64,000 bases of DNA from the NCBI GenBank assembly GCA_038045405.1, contig JBBSYF010000001.1, forward strand, positions 101,175 through 165,174, in the 5' to 3' direction. This document shows positions 46,333-56,348 of the stretch, one piece after another. Within the stretch, counting starts at the first letter, position 1. Each line of letters starts with the position of its first letter. The position numbers and the translations under genes are program-made. Source of the DNA: Nanobdellota archaeon. Lineage in GTDB: Archaea > Nanobdellota > Nanobdellia > Pacearchaeales > GW2011-AR1. Under the pieces are notes generated by a model. The model searched no databases. It saw only the letters and a list, made by a program, of their open reading frames with translations, and was not told the origin of the DNA.

Positions 46333-46740
46333 TTACTTAGATTCTTCTTGCATTTCTGAAAGAGCATCTGTCAACTCTTCACTTATCTCTTCAATTTTCT
46401 CATCAAGCTCTCCCTTAATCTCCACAAGTTTTTTTATTTGTTCATCTATTATCTTCTTAGTTTGAGGAACTGTTTTTTTCACAAAATTCCTATTGCCTAC
46501 ATCAACAGTTAGACTATCGGAGAGGAGTTTAGCTTCAACAAAGATGCCTCTCCCTAAAGGAGCAAGAATATCTTTTCTTATAGAGTTAGTAATCTCATCC
46601 AATCCTGTGTTTAAGAGATTTAGATCAATCATGCTCTCTTCAACTGCTTGAAGCTGTTGCTGAAGATGCTGAATCTGCTGCTCAAACATGCCTAGCTTGA
46701 ACATAAGTTCTTGGTTAGGATTCTCTCCAGTTTTTCCCAT
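46333..46740 (-). CDS. pfdA: prefoldin alpha subunit
   Basis: Coiled coils flanking ILAPLGRGIFV...VDVG..FVKK. Confidence 0.93.
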   Translation of the reverse strand: MGKTGENPNQELMFKLGMFEQQIQHLQQQLQAVEESMIDLNLLNTGLDEITNSIRKDILAPLGRGIFVEAKLLSDSLTVDVGNRNFVKKTVPQTKKIIDEQIKKLVEIKGELDEKIEEISEELTDALSEMQEESK

Positions 46741-46789
46741 AAATATTAAATAGACAAATGCCTTATAAATCTAGTCCTACAAAATTAAA

Positions 46790-47104
46790 ATGGAACAGAT
46801 ACAAGTAAAGGGCATAGAATCTTTGGATGAAAAAGAGAAAAAAATAGCAGATAAACTCTTTGGAGAATACTTCACTAAACTTCAAAGAAAAATAAAAAAC
46901 ACTCTTTCACTAAAAATCTACGTAAAAGAATACAACAAAGAAGGAAAAAGAAAGAAATACAGCATAAATGCAGAAGCAGTTTCTTCTGGAAAAACCTTTA
47001 AGGCAAACTCTCACGAATGGGATTTTGCAACTACAATCCATCAAGTGTTTGAAAAAATATTAACACAAGTGGAGCATGAATTTCATGTTAGCGATCAACA
47101 TTAA
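46790..47104 (+). CDS. HPF/RaiA-like (S30EA fold) putative ribosome hibernation factor
   Basis: LKIYVKEY..GKRKKYSI.A, EWDFATTIHQVFEKI pattern resembles the archaeal HPF-like domain. Confidence 0.65.
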   Translation: MEQIQVKGIESLDEKEKKIADKLFGEYFTKLQRKIKNTLSLKIYVKEYNKEGKRKKYSINAEAVSSGKTFKANSHEWDFATTIHQVFEKILTQVEHEFHVSDQH

Positions 47105-47127
47105 TTCAAGAAATTTAAATAGTAACT

Positions 47128-47673
47128 CTAAACAACCTTCATCATCTTTCTAAGAATTGAACTGAAAATCATGGTTCCCAAAAGATAAAACCAAAACCAA
47201 CTAAAGATTCCAAAGAACCTGAAACCTTCCATTAATGCAAAAAAGTCCATGAACCATCTGAAGAACAAAATCAGAGGTATTGCAGTGTAGACTATCGGTC
47301 TCATAGTAAGTTTCATTGTTTTTGGGATGAATTCTAATTGCTTCCTCGATAACTCTGCCACTTTCTCTGGATGGTTTTTATATTTCTTCATCTCTTCTTG
47401 AAGAATCTTCTGTTCTTCTTTCATCTCTCTCAATATCTTCTGATCAGTAGCATACTTTTGGATTATTGTCATAAAAAAAGAAATTATCAAAACAATGGCA
47501 CTCATACCAATTGTGATATTCCAATTTAGTAGAACTCCTGCTGTTGGATTTAAGATAGCGTGAGCTCCTTCTTTTATGAAACTAACTTTATCCCACAAGG
47601 AAGCGAGTGCTAATGAGACAATCATCACAATAAAAATTCCCATAAATCCTCCTTCTTTGCCTTCAGTATTCAT
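47128..47673 (-). CDS. DUF106 / EMC3-TMCO1 (Oxa1 superfamily) membrane protein
   Basis: TM, coiled coil, MRPIVYTAIP, WFWFY; located after secY. Confidence 0.9.
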   Translation of the reverse strand: MNTEGKEGGFMGIFIVMIVSLALASLWDKVSFIKEGAHAILNPTAGVLLNWNITIGMSAIVLIISFFMTIIQKYATDQKILREMKEEQKILQEEMKKYKNHPEKVAELSRKQLEFIPKTMKLTMRPIVYTAIPLILFFRWFMDFFALMEGFRFFGIFSWFWFYLLGTMIFSSILRKMMKVV

Positions 47674-47704
47674 GTTAATTAAAAAGAAAGATTGTTTTTA
47701 AAGA

Positions 47705-49144
47705 CTAACCCCCAACGAATTTTCTCATTACAGGATGCATGTCTACTTCATGTTGTTGAGCAATATTCTGGTAGAACTGGAACATTATCATAATCACAAG
47801 AAGAATAGCTGTTCCAGAGGTCAATGCACCCAACAAGTCTGTAACAGAAGCAAGAAGCCCTATTGCCATTCCCCCCATTACTGTAAGAGGCATGATGTAT
47901 CTGTCTAAGATACTTTCCAAAATTCTTTCGTCCTGTCTGAAACCAGAAACTTGCAATCCTGATGAAGAAATTTTATGGGCCTGACTTGCTGCATCCATGC
48001 CTGCAGTTTTGACCCAAAAGACTGCAAAAAGAGTAGAGAAGAACATGAAGAACAAAATGTGTGTTAAACCTTGAATTAAAAATTTAGGTGAAAACCCTCC
48101 TCTAATTGTTAATTCAAGAAGATTAGTATTCCCTAACCAAAATGCAAGTCCCGAAATTGCCTGTCCTCCATTGAACTTTCCTAAAAAAGTAAAGTAAGAA
48201 GCAAAATGTGCTTTTCCTACACAAGCACCTCCCGAAAAACAAGGTGCAGCAGCATTCTCAACTATGCCTCCGAAAAGTTGTATGTTTGCGATTAACGCAG
48301 CAGTTAGAATAACAGGAATAACTGAAGCATAGAAAAAGGAAAGAGGCCATTTAACTCCGTATCCTCTAAGTCTTCCAAAAGAAAGAGGAATTTCAACCTT
48401 CAAAGATTGCGCCCAAACGACAATTAGGAAGATAATTATTGTTGATATAATCGCTGCTCCTGCAGAAAAGAGCTCTAGTGGAAATCGGTTTATAACAGAT
48501 TGAATCACCACGAAAACTTTTCCGGCACAAGGAATTGTTTTGAAATCCAACAAACAATTTCTACCTTGTTGGTCTATAAACTGGAAAGCCCCAGTCATTA
48601 TTCTCCATGAAACTCCTGCCCCTATAAACAAGCTAACACCAGAACCGAATCCCCATTTTGTTGTGAGTTCATCCATGTAAAAAATTGCCAAGCCTCCTAA
48701 AACGAGTTGAACTATCAACAACCATGCAAATCCCGGAGCTGCTTGAAGTCCCTGCATTAAAACATAAACAAGTGCTTCAAAGATTATAAAAAAGAAAACG
48801 AGAATTTTCTGAATTCCTTGGAAAAACTTTTTCCCTTCATCGGTTGTAGTGTCTATACTGACTACTCCCGAACCCGTAAGCAACTGCAGTATAATAGACG
48901 CCATAACGATAGGACCTATTCCTAGAGAAATGATGCTTCCGAAATCTGTTCCAAGAATGATAGCAAGGTACTCAAAACGAGCCAATGCATTTGCTGAAAG
49001 TCCGAAGAGAGGAACATTAGCAAGAACGAAAAATGAAACTAAAACTATTAGTGTCCATTTCAATTTTACACCGAAACTTAACTTCTTTTCTTCCGGTTTC
49101 CTTACTTCAGGAATAAAACTGAATATGTCTTTTAAGTTTGCCAT
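47705..49144 (-). CDS. secY: preprotein translocase subunit SecY
   Basis: PEV.KP, KLKWT, LGIGPIV.ASII.QLL, KWGFGSG.SLFI, YASVIP, GFR, SGTAILL. Confidence 0.97.
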   Translation of the reverse strand: MANLKDIFSFIPEVRKPEEKKLSFGVKLKWTLIVLVSFFVLANVPLFGLSANALARFEYLAIILGTDFGSIISLGIGPIVMASIILQLLTGSGVVSIDTTTDEGKKFFQGIQKILVFFFIIFEALVYVLMQGLQAAPGFAWLLIVQLVLGGLAIFYMDELTTKWGFGSGVSLFIGAGVSWRIMTGAFQFIDQQGRNCLLDFKTIPCAGKVFVVIQSVINRFPLELFSAGAAIISTIIIFLIVVWAQSLKVEIPLSFGRLRGYGVKWPLSFFYASVIPVILTAALIANIQLFGGIVENAAAPCFSGGACVGKAHFASYFTFLGKFNGGQAISGLAFWLGNTNLLELTIRGGFSPKFLIQGLTHILFFMFFSTLFAVFWVKTAGMDAASQAHKISSSGLQVSGFRQDERILESILDRYIMPLTVMGGMAIGLLASVTDLLGALTSGTAILLVIMIMFQFYQNIAQQHEVDMHPVMRKFVGG

Positions 49145-49232
49145 TTTATTTCTTAAAACGTAAAAATTATTGTCTTACCCTCAATATAAACCTTCTCTCT
49201 TTTTAACATTTGATTATACAAGCAATCTTTGT

Positions 49233-49697
49233 TTATTCTTTTGAACCTTTTTTAACTAGTATAATTTCTCCGCCAGCTTCCTTAACTTTTTTAATCACAG
49301 ACTGTGAGGCCATGTTTGCTTTTATGACAAGTTTGTTCTTTAGCTCGTATCCTTCTGAACCCCCAAGAATTTTATACTCTTTCAGGTCAATTTCCCACTT
49401 GTCTCCAACTTTCTTACCATATTTTGTTAAGTTAGTTTCAATATCCATAAGGTTTATTCTCATTCTCTTATCTTTCTTTGTTCCTCTACTCGTTATTCCT
49501 TGTTTTCCAAAGTAATCGTGTCCGTAAAGCGCAAGAACTAGTGTTTTTTTATGGTCTGATCTTTTCCCTGAACCCGACATTCCTGCTCCACCTCTATGCC
49601 CAGATTTCTTCCTTTTCTTTCTAGCTCCGCCTCCGTGAGTTCCAGTTCCCCTCATTCGCGACATCTTTCTTCTCTTCTTAGTTTTCCTCATTGCCAT
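49233..49697 (-). CDS. rpl15: 50S ribosomal protein uL15
   Basis: RGTGTHGGG, GHRGGAG, YFGKQG. Confidence 0.95.
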   Translation of the reverse strand: MAMRKTKKRRKMSRMRGTGTHGGGARKKRKKSGHRGGAGMSGSGKRSDHKKTLVLALYGHDYFGKQGITSRGTKKDKRMRINLMDIETNLTKYGKKVGDKWEIDLKEYKILGGSEGYELKNKLVIKANMASQSVIKKVKEAGGEIILVKKGSKE

Positions 49698-49698
49698 T

Positions 49699-50118
49699 TT
49701 ATAACATCTTCTCCACTAATTTATTTATCTTATCTCCGTGATTTCCAAGAACTCCTTTTGGAAAATGAATCTTAGTATTTATTCCGCCTCTTGCAGGATG
49801 TAATCTAAAAAATGGTTTCAAATTTAAGTCTTCGTACTTCTTTCCACTTTCCAACTCTTCAACAACCTTCTTTGCGTCTACTTTTTTCTTTTTCTTGTCA
49901 ATAGGTTGTCCTCTTTTCTCGATTAACTTCTCAAAAGTTTCCTTGCTTATCTCTCCAAATGCAACAAGATTCTTCACTTTGCTTATCATGCCGGCCTGTT
50001 CTTTATTTGGGTTTAAAACAATACAAGTATATTTCTTTCTAAGTCTCAATCTATGTAAAGTTTCTTTTACATTTCCGTCCATGTTGACTTCTCCTCGTAT
50101 TCTTATTATGCAAATCAT
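49699..50118 (-). CDS. rpl30: 50S ribosomal protein uL30
   Basis: IIRIRG, TLHRLRL, FFRLHPARGG. Confidence 0.95.
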   Translation of the reverse strand: MICIIRIRGEVNMDGNVKETLHRLRLRKKYTCIVLNPNKEQAGMISKVKNLVAFGEISKETFEKLIEKRGQPIDKKKKKVDAKKVVEELESGKKYEDLNLKPFFRLHPARGGINTKIHFPKGVLGNHGDKINKLVEKML

Positions 50119-50119
50119 T

Positions 50120-50977
50120 TTATTTTTGGTTTGTTTTTCTTAAAGCATCAAAACCAGCTCCAACTAAATTGAAGGTGGTTCTTTGCTTACCGAAAGTTTT
50201 AGTATAAATATCTTTTATTCCTGCAAGTTTTAACATTTTTTTTAGTTCACCAGCTGCAACTAATCCTGTTCCTTGTGGTGCTGGAATCAAAATAACTCTC
50301 ACACTTCCAGACTTCCCAATAACTTTTTGCGGAACAGTATGAAGTTCAGAGCAGTCACAATCAAAACTAGAGCAAGCTCTTTTTATTTTTATAATATTCA
50401 GTTTTGCCTTTCTTTCTGCTTTGTCTCTTGCTGGTAGAGTTTCTTTTGCTTTACCTGTACCAATACCTACATGTCCATTTTCATCTCCAACAATTGCCAT
50501 TGCAGAAAAAGTAGCCACATTACCTTCCATAGTCTTCTTCTGAGTCTGACGCCACGCTCTTCTCTTACCTCCACCGAACTTCCCCTTTGCTTGTCCTATT
50601 AAAGCTAAGTCCTTTTTGATATCAAGTAAAAAATCAACTATCTCGAATTCCAATATCTTTTTGTTATTATCAAGAATTTCATCAATATTTCTAATCTTTC
50701 CATTTTTAACTTCTTGTCCTAATTTTGTTTTTGGTTCCCATGAAGAAAGACCTCTTTCTCCTGCTCTTTGTTTGTTTTCCTTTGTTTCTTTTTCTATAAT
50801 GCCTAACTCAAGGTCATCTTTTAAAATTACAAGATTATCATCTTTTTCTATTAATTCTTCAGTAATCTCTTCCAGCTTTTCAGCTTTTTCTTCGGCAGTT
50901 TCTTCAGAAAGTGTTCCATGAGCTGCAGCAGTTCTCTTTACATTCTCAAACATCAATTTCTTCTCACTTTTTGTCAT
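50120..50977 (-). CDS. rps5: 30S ribosomal protein uS5 with acidic N-terminal extension
   Basis: WEPKTKLG, VGDENGHVG, PAPQGTGL, LAGIKD. Confidence 0.96.
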   Translation of the reverse strand: MTKSEKKLMFENVKRTAAAHGTLSEETAEEKAEKLEEITEELIEKDDNLVILKDDLELGIIEKETKENKQRAGERGLSSWEPKTKLGQEVKNGKIRNIDEILDNNKKILEFEIVDFLLDIKKDLALIGQAKGKFGGGKRRAWRQTQKKTMEGNVATFSAMAIVGDENGHVGIGTGKAKETLPARDKAERKAKLNIIKIKRACSSFDCDCSELHTVPQKVIGKSGSVRVILIPAPQGTGLVAAGELKKMLKLAGIKDIYTKTFGKQRTTFNLVGAGFDALRKTNQK

Positions 50978-51471
50978 TTTATTTTCTGTATTTTTAATTT
51001 AATTTCTTCAAATGTTTTTGAAAAATCTTCTTTAAGATGTTTTCCTTTGATTCTATTTTCATCCGGGTAATATTGCTCTTCACATTTTACATTAAGCCCA
51101 GAGTCCTTTAATCCTTTTAGAAATGCGAATACTTTGTTTTTGTGAATATTTCTTGTCATTCCTATGTCTATTATTGGTATCTGCAATTTCTTCGCAAGAA
51201 TTTCTTTTCCAAATAAAAATCCTGTAAGGTACACAGCCGGAGTTGACTTAAGACTTCCACTCAATTCTTTTGGCCATCCATGCATTAGTAATACTTTAGA
51301 GGTTGTTCCTAGTTCGATTTTGTCTTGAGCTGCTTTGCTAGTCGTGTACTCTGCTATTACGTACTTGTTTGTTTTTCTGAAGACAACTCTTGGAATGCCA
51401 CTCTTAAGCACATTTACTCTTTTGCCGTAATCCGTCTTGTTTTCTTGTCTTCTTCTTTTTAGTGTCTTCAT
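50974..51471 (-). CDS. rpl18: 50S ribosomal protein uL18
   Basis: RRRQENKTDY.KR, PRVVFRKTNK, AVYLTG. Confidence 0.95.
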   Translation of the reverse strand: MKTLKRRRQENKTDYGKRVNVLKSGIPRVVFRKTNKYVIAEYTTSKAAQDKIELGTTSKVLLMHGWPKELSGSLKSTPAVYLTGFLFGKEILAKKLQIPIIDIGMTRNIHKNKVFAFLKGLKDSGLNVKCEEQYYPDENRIKGKHLKEDFSKTFEEIKLKIQKIK

Positions 51472-51872
51472 TTTTTTATTTCTCCTAAATGTTCTCTAAG
51501 ATGCGCCTTACTTCTAAAAACCTTGTTTCTTATTTTTTTCCTAATATCTCTGAATGTTTCATTTGTCATTTCCCCTGACTTTTTCAGTTCAGCAACATGT
51601 TTTCTTAGCTTTCTTGTCATGATTATATAATCTCTTTTTACAACACGTCTGCCCTTTCTTATATTTCCAGGCCCTCTATTACTCTTCTTCCTAATCTTCT
51701 TTCTTCCACCGATTTCTCTTATGACTATTGCACCATCTTTCATTAAATCTCTGATGTCTTGTTTAGTAATGGCTTCTTTTATGTCTTCTAGTTTTGATTC
51801 TACGAAGATTATTCTATCTTTTCCAATGCCTAATGTTCTTTTCGCAAGTTCTTTCTTTTTACTTAAGTTCAT
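51468..51872 (-). CDS. rpl19e: 50S ribosomal protein eL19
   Basis: AITKQDIRDL, RGPGNIRKG, FRSKAHL. Confidence 0.93.
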   Translation of the reverse strand: MNLSKKKELAKRTLGIGKDRIIFVESKLEDIKEAITKQDIRDLMKDGAIVIREIGGRKKIRKKSNRGPGNIRKGRRVVKRDYIIMTRKLRKHVAELKKSGEMTNETFRDIRKKIRNKVFRSKAHLREHLGEIKK

Positions 51873-52233
51873 TTTTTTCTCCTTTATTCTCTACTTTTTT
51901 TAAAAACTTTTTACTGTTAACGTTCATTATAACAACTCCCATTTCTCCAGCTTTTTTTACAAGTTCTATTTTTTTCTTTTTCCCAATCTTTCCCAAAACT
52001 ATCTCTTGTCCCCTTGAAGCTGTTAAAAGTTCCGGAATATTTCTCACTACCAAAAAGTTTCCTCTTTCAGATTCTTTTTGTCTGTATCCAATGCTTACTG
52101 TAGGGCCATAGCCTCTTCTTTTATCTCTGAGCTTGTTATCTCTTCCTTTAGGCTTTCTCCATACCCTATTCTTTCCCCTCTTCTTACCAAGTTTGTGGTA
52201 TCTATTATATATTCTTCTCAAAAAGGTAGTCAT
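51859..52233 (-). CDS. rpl32e: 50S ribosomal protein eL32
   Basis: WRKPKGRDNKLR, VSIGY. Confidence 0.93.
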   Translation of the reverse strand: MTTFLRRIYNRYHKLGKKRGKNRVWRKPKGRDNKLRDKRRGYGPTVSIGYRQKESERGNFLVVRNIPELLTASRGQEIVLGKIGKKKKIELVKKAGEMGVVIMNVNSKKFLKKVENKGEKNELK

Positions 52234-52775
52234 TATATTTCCCTCCCTGCTTTACTAGTTATAAATATCCCGTCTTGGAAGATTCTTCTGTCTCTTTTTC
52301 TTATTCTTGTAGCTGTTTCAAAATCTGCTGCTGCTTGGCCTGCAAGTTCCTTGTCAACCGATGTGACTGTAATAACATCTTTATCTATTTCTACTTCAAC
52401 TCTGTCAGGAATTAGTGTCTTTCTAGGAATTTTTTCCCCAAGGAAATTTTTGATTAAGACTTCTTTACCCTTAATGTCCACACTAATTGGGAAATGACTA
52501 AAGCAAACTTTTAATGTATACTCGAACTTTTTTTGAACGCCCGCTATCATATTTTTTATGTGCGCGGCTGCAGAATTAATTAATTTCTTTTCTTTTTTAG
52601 TTGCTATTTTAGTCCCAACTACTATCAAATTATCTTTCTTCGTAAGACTAATATTGTTTATCTTGAAGTTTCTCTGATTTTCTCCTTCCGGGCCTATAAC
52701 TTTTAGTGTAGTTCCGTTCACTTCAACTTCTATTCCCTCAGGAACTTCTACTTCTTTAAAAATTTCTTTTTTCAT
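52233..52775 (-). CDS. rpl6: 50S ribosomal protein uL6
   Basis: AHIKNMIAGV, SHFPI, NFLGEK, RDRRIFQDGIFI; start corrected to ATG 52775. Confidence 0.96.
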   Translation of the reverse strand: MKKEIFKEVEVPEGIEVEVNGTTLKVIGPEGENQRNFKINNISLTKKDNLIVVGTKIATKKEKKLINSAAAHIKNMIAGVQKKFEYTLKVCFSHFPISVDIKGKEVLIKNFLGEKIPRKTLIPDRVEVEIDKDVITVTSVDKELAGQAAADFETATRIRKRDRRIFQDGIFITSKAGREI

Positions 52776-52776
52776 T

Positions 52777-53157
52777 TTAGTAAAAATAAGCAATTAAGCT
52801 TCCTCCAATTCCTTTTTCAACAGCTTCCTCATGAGTCATTAGCCCCTTTCCTGTAGAGATTACAACAGTCCCAACATTTCTTGCAGGAAGATATCTTCTT
52901 CTGTATTTCTCGATTTGATCTTTTTTAACGCTAAATCTAGGTTTTATTACTTTACATTCGGAAAATTCTCCAAGGCTAACTTCAACAGACTGTCCTTTTG
53001 TGTCAATCTTGTATTTCTTGATTATTCCCTTTAGTTTCATTATTTTCAAAACTTCAACTAACAATTTTGAAACTCTTATGAGTTTCACACTATCTTTTCT
53101 TGCTCTCTTTGCATTTCTTATTCCATTCATTGCATCAGCTAGTATATCTTGTGACAT
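52777..53157 (-). CDS. rps8: 30S ribosomal protein uS8
   Basis: DILADAM, IKPRF, YLPA, STGKGLMTH. Confidence 0.96.
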   Translation of the reverse strand: MSQDILADAMNGIRNAKRARKDSVKLIRVSKLLVEVLKIMKLKGIIKKYKIDTKGQSVEVSLGEFSECKVIKPRFSVKKDQIEKYRRRYLPARNVGTVVISTGKGLMTHEEAVEKGIGGSLIAYFY

Positions 53158-53158
53158 T

Positions 53159-53389
53159 TTAACTATATTTTTTGAAACCGATTTCTACAGCGATTTCTCT
53201 AAAACACTGTCGGCATAAATTTAATCCGTATGATTTGATATGAGCTCCGAATCTACCACATCTTTCACATTTCTTTCTTGCTATTCCTGTTTTTCTTTCT
53301 TTAGGTTTATTATGTTTGAGGAATTTTTCCATTTTCTTAGGCTTGCCTACAAGTTGCTTCAAAGTTTTTTTCCAATCGCTTGCTGTCAT
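53159..53389 (-). CDS. rps14: 30S ribosomal protein uS14 (Zn-binding, N-terminally extended)
   Basis: CERCGR...[12 protein letters not shown]. Confidence 0.96.
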   Translation of the reverse strand: MTASDWKKTLKQLVGKPKKMEKFLKHNKPKERKTGIARKKCERCGRFGAHIKSYGLNLCRQCFREIAVEIGFKKYS

Positions 53390-53407
53390 TTGACACCCCT
53401 GTGGCGA

Positions 53408-53439
53408 ATGATTGAAAATTTCATATTTGCTGTCATTTT
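53408..53439. repeat. 32-bp imperfect palindromic element, copy 2 (in the uL5-uS14 spacer)
   Basis: Minus strand AAAATGACAGCAAATATGAAATTTTCAATCAT; 29/32 identical to 10033..10064. Confidence 0.8.
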
Positions 53440-53446
53440 ATTTTAT

Positions 53447-53992
53447 TCAAACAAATTTTGTTTTGAAATTTTCCCCCATAAATTTAATTATTTCTTCCTT
53501 CGAAACATGTTGCCTTTTTGGAACACGTCCCATTTTTGTTTTCTTAAGCTTAATTCTCTTTCCAGCTCTTTTGAATGTAACGGTAACGTCTAAACCTCTA
53601 ATTCCTATGTCTCTCTGATACTCGATACCTGGAATTTCAATATATTCCTTAACTCCGAATGAAAAGCTATTTTCACTTATCTGGCTCTTCTTTAATTTAT
53701 TGTCTGTTGCAGTTAACATCTTTCTCAAAAATTCTTCAAGATTTTTTCTGATAGTGACCACAGCTCCGACCTCAAGTTTAGGTCTAACTCCTAATGAAGG
53801 AATTCTTTTTGTAGACATCATTTTAGCAGGATTTCTTCCACTTAAAAGTTTTATAAGTTTGAATCCTTTTTCCAGATTTTCTCCACTTCCACCGACGCTA
53901 AGAACCACCTTTTCCATTACGACTTTTCTCATAATGTTTGTTTTTTTCTCTGAATGAGCTGGTTGAACCTTTTGATTTTCTGTTTTTTTCAT
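53447..53992 (-). CDS. rpl5: 50S ribosomal protein uL5
   Basis: EKVVLSVG, VGAVVTIR, FSFGVKEYIEIPG, IGIRGLDV. Confidence 0.96.
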   Translation of the reverse strand: MKKTENQKVQPAHSEKKTNIMRKVVMEKVVLSVGGSGENLEKGFKLIKLLSGRNPAKMMSTKRIPSLGVRPKLEVGAVVTIRKNLEEFLRKMLTATDNKLKKSQISENSFSFGVKEYIEIPGIEYQRDIGIRGLDVTVTFKRAGKRIKLKKTKMGRVPKRQHVSKEEIIKFMGENFKTKFV

Positions 53993-53993
53993 T

Positions 53994-54630
53994 TTATTTT
54001 ATAGTCATAAATTGTTTAATTAAGACACTTATTGTTTTTCCTTCAATGTCTATCTCAGATATTCCTTTTTCTTTGTACATCTTCTTCAAAAATCCAGACT
54101 TTCCGGAGTGTTTCCCTGAGAACACAAAAACCTCCGAACCTTCCCTTAAAGGAATGCATTTCTCAACTTTTTTCTCTTTGAAGTTCACAAGAACTGAATC
54201 ATTCACGTTACATCTCATGTCTGAGATAAAGTTCATTCCATCTTCGCAGTTTAATTGAATCTTTTTACCTTTGAGCGTCTTTTTGTTTGTTAGTTTTACT
54301 ATTTTATGATTAGCTTCACCCTCTTTTATTTCAGTGAGACTAAACTTTCCACCATCCAATAAATCCATTCTGTAATGTTTTTTTGAAGGAAGGATAGTTA
54401 CTGTGTCAAAGAGTGTTACACTATTCTTTTCGTCGGATACTTGTTTGTTATTCATCAAAACTTGTCTTAAATGAATTGCCCTCTTAGCTTCTTTTCTATT
54501 CTGTACTATCTTAAGCATATCTCTTAAAACAATCAAGAAAGGAACACCCCTCTGAGCATCAAACTCAGGTCTAACTACGTACTTCGTTCCCTTTCGATAT
54601 ATTGGCCAACTTTTTGGCACTTCCTGTCTC

Positions 54631-54641
<11 letters not shown>
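53994..54641 (-). CDS. rps4e: 30S ribosomal protein eS4
   Basis: HLKRQEVPKSWPI, LRDMLK, GKHSG. Confidence 0.94.
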
Positions 54642-55083
<442 letters not shown>

Positions 55084-55090
55084 TTTCTTT

Positions 55091-55492
55091 TTAACAAACA
55101 ATTGAGGCGATTCTTGCTACTGATGACCATCGCTCCATTACCTCCCTTGCTACAGGTCCTTTAATCTGAGTTCCTTTTGGATTTCCCTTTTCATCTTTTA
55201 AAATTGCAACAGCGTTGTCCTCAAAAGATATTCTTTCTCCATCCATTCTTCTCCAAGATTTTTTCTGTCTGATGACTATCGCATCAAAAACTTTTCCCCT
55301 CATATCTGGAATTCCTTTCTTTATACTTACTTTGACCATGTCAGCTACTTTAGCACTCATCTGTCTACCCTTTGTTCCCTTACCTCTTTTTACAGAGACA
55401 ATTCTTGCTATCTTTGCTCCACTATTGTCTGCAACATGCATTATTGAGCCGAGATTCAAACCAGCCGTCATTTTTGCCGATACTGCTTTCAT
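55091..55492 (-). CDS. rpl14: 50S ribosomal protein uL14
   Basis: ADNSGAK, FEDNAV, KGTQIKGPVARE; start at ATG 55492. Confidence 0.97.
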   Translation of the reverse strand: MKAVSAKMTAGLNLGSIMHVADNSGAKIARIVSVKRGKGTKGRQMSAKVADMVKVSIKKGIPDMRGKVFDAIVIRQKKSWRRMDGERISFEDNAVAILKDEKGNPKGTQIKGPVAREVMERWSSVARIASIVC

Positions 55493-55493
55493 T

Positions 55494-55862
55494 TTACTTT
55501 TTTTCCTCCTTACTTTTAATTTTTTTAACAACGACAAAGTGAATTATTTTACTTAATGGCCTACATTCCTGAACCCTAACTGTGTCTCCAATGTTTATTT
55601 CTTTTTCAAGACATGTTGGAAGTCTCGCATGGATTTTTGTTTTTGACTTTGAATATCTTTCATATTTTTTTACATAAACCATTCTCTCAAATTCTATTGC
55701 AATTCTTTTATTGAACTTACTTGTAACCATGCCTTCGAAAGCCCTTCCTCTTGTCTTTAAACTTCCGTGGAAAGGGCAGTCTCTGTCTTGTGAAACAGCT
55801 TCAACTGTCTTTGGCTTCTCTTCTTGAGCCTTCTGTGTTTTTTTTGTTTTTTTGTTTTCCAT
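55494..55862 (-). CDS. rps17: 30S ribosomal protein uS17
   Basis: CPFHG.L..RG, KYERY, ECRPLSK. Confidence 0.96.
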   Translation of the reverse strand: MENKKTKKTQKAQEEKPKTVEAVSQDRDCPFHGSLKTRGRAFEGMVTSKFNKRIAIEFERMVYVKKYERYSKSKTKIHARLPTCLEKEINIGDTVRVQECRPLSKIIHFVVVKKIKSKEEKK

Positions 55863-55866
55863 TTTT

Positions 55867-56166
55867 CTATTCTTCTATTGACTCTTCGTCAAATCCGAGC
55901 CTGACAAGGACTTCCTTCACTTTCTTCCTGTGATCTCCTTGAAGCTCTACCATGTCGTCTTTATAAGTTCCACCGCACGCGAGCCCGTTTTTCAGGTCCT
56001 TTGCGACTTGTCTTATATCTATCCCACTTCCGAATCCAGTAATAACCGTTACTATCTTTCCGTATCTTTTCTTGTCTGTTGTTACTCTAATCTTCTGTGA
56101 ACTTTTTACAATCTGTTCACATACACATGCCTGTTTTGGCAGGCCACATTTTGGACATATCTCCAT
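55867..56166 (-). CDS. sui1: translation initiation factor aIF1 (SUI1)
   Basis: CPKCGLP...C.C, RYGKIVT, LACGGT, ELQGDHR. Confidence 0.96.
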   Translation of the reverse strand: MEICPKCGLPKQACVCEQIVKSSQKIRVTTDKKRYGKIVTVITGFGSGIDIRQVAKDLKNGLACGGTYKDDMVELQGDHRKKVKEVLVRLGFDEESIEE

Positions 56167-56167
56167 G

Positions 56168-56347
56168 TTATTTTTTGTTGAGTGTGAGTATTCTAGCTAT
56201 GACCTTTCTAATTTCTCCCGGTCTTGAACTTCCTGTTTTTACAGTGCTTACTTTTGATTTTATTAATTCGAGTTTTAACTCTTGAAGTTTCTTAACTCTT
56301 TCTTGTTCGTTCATTCTTTTCAAATCTTCCATTTTTATTTTTGCCAT
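56168..56347 (-). CDS. rpl29: 50S ribosomal protein uL29 (59 aa, absent from the ORF track)
   Basis: Manual translation MAKIKMEDLKRMNEQERVKKLQELKLELIK...EIRKVIARILT; expected position between S3 and SUI1. Confidence 0.92.
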   Translation of the reverse strand: MAKIKMEDLKRMNEQERVKKLQELKLELIKSKVSTVKTGSSRPGEIRKVIARILTLNKK

Positions 56348-56348
56348 T

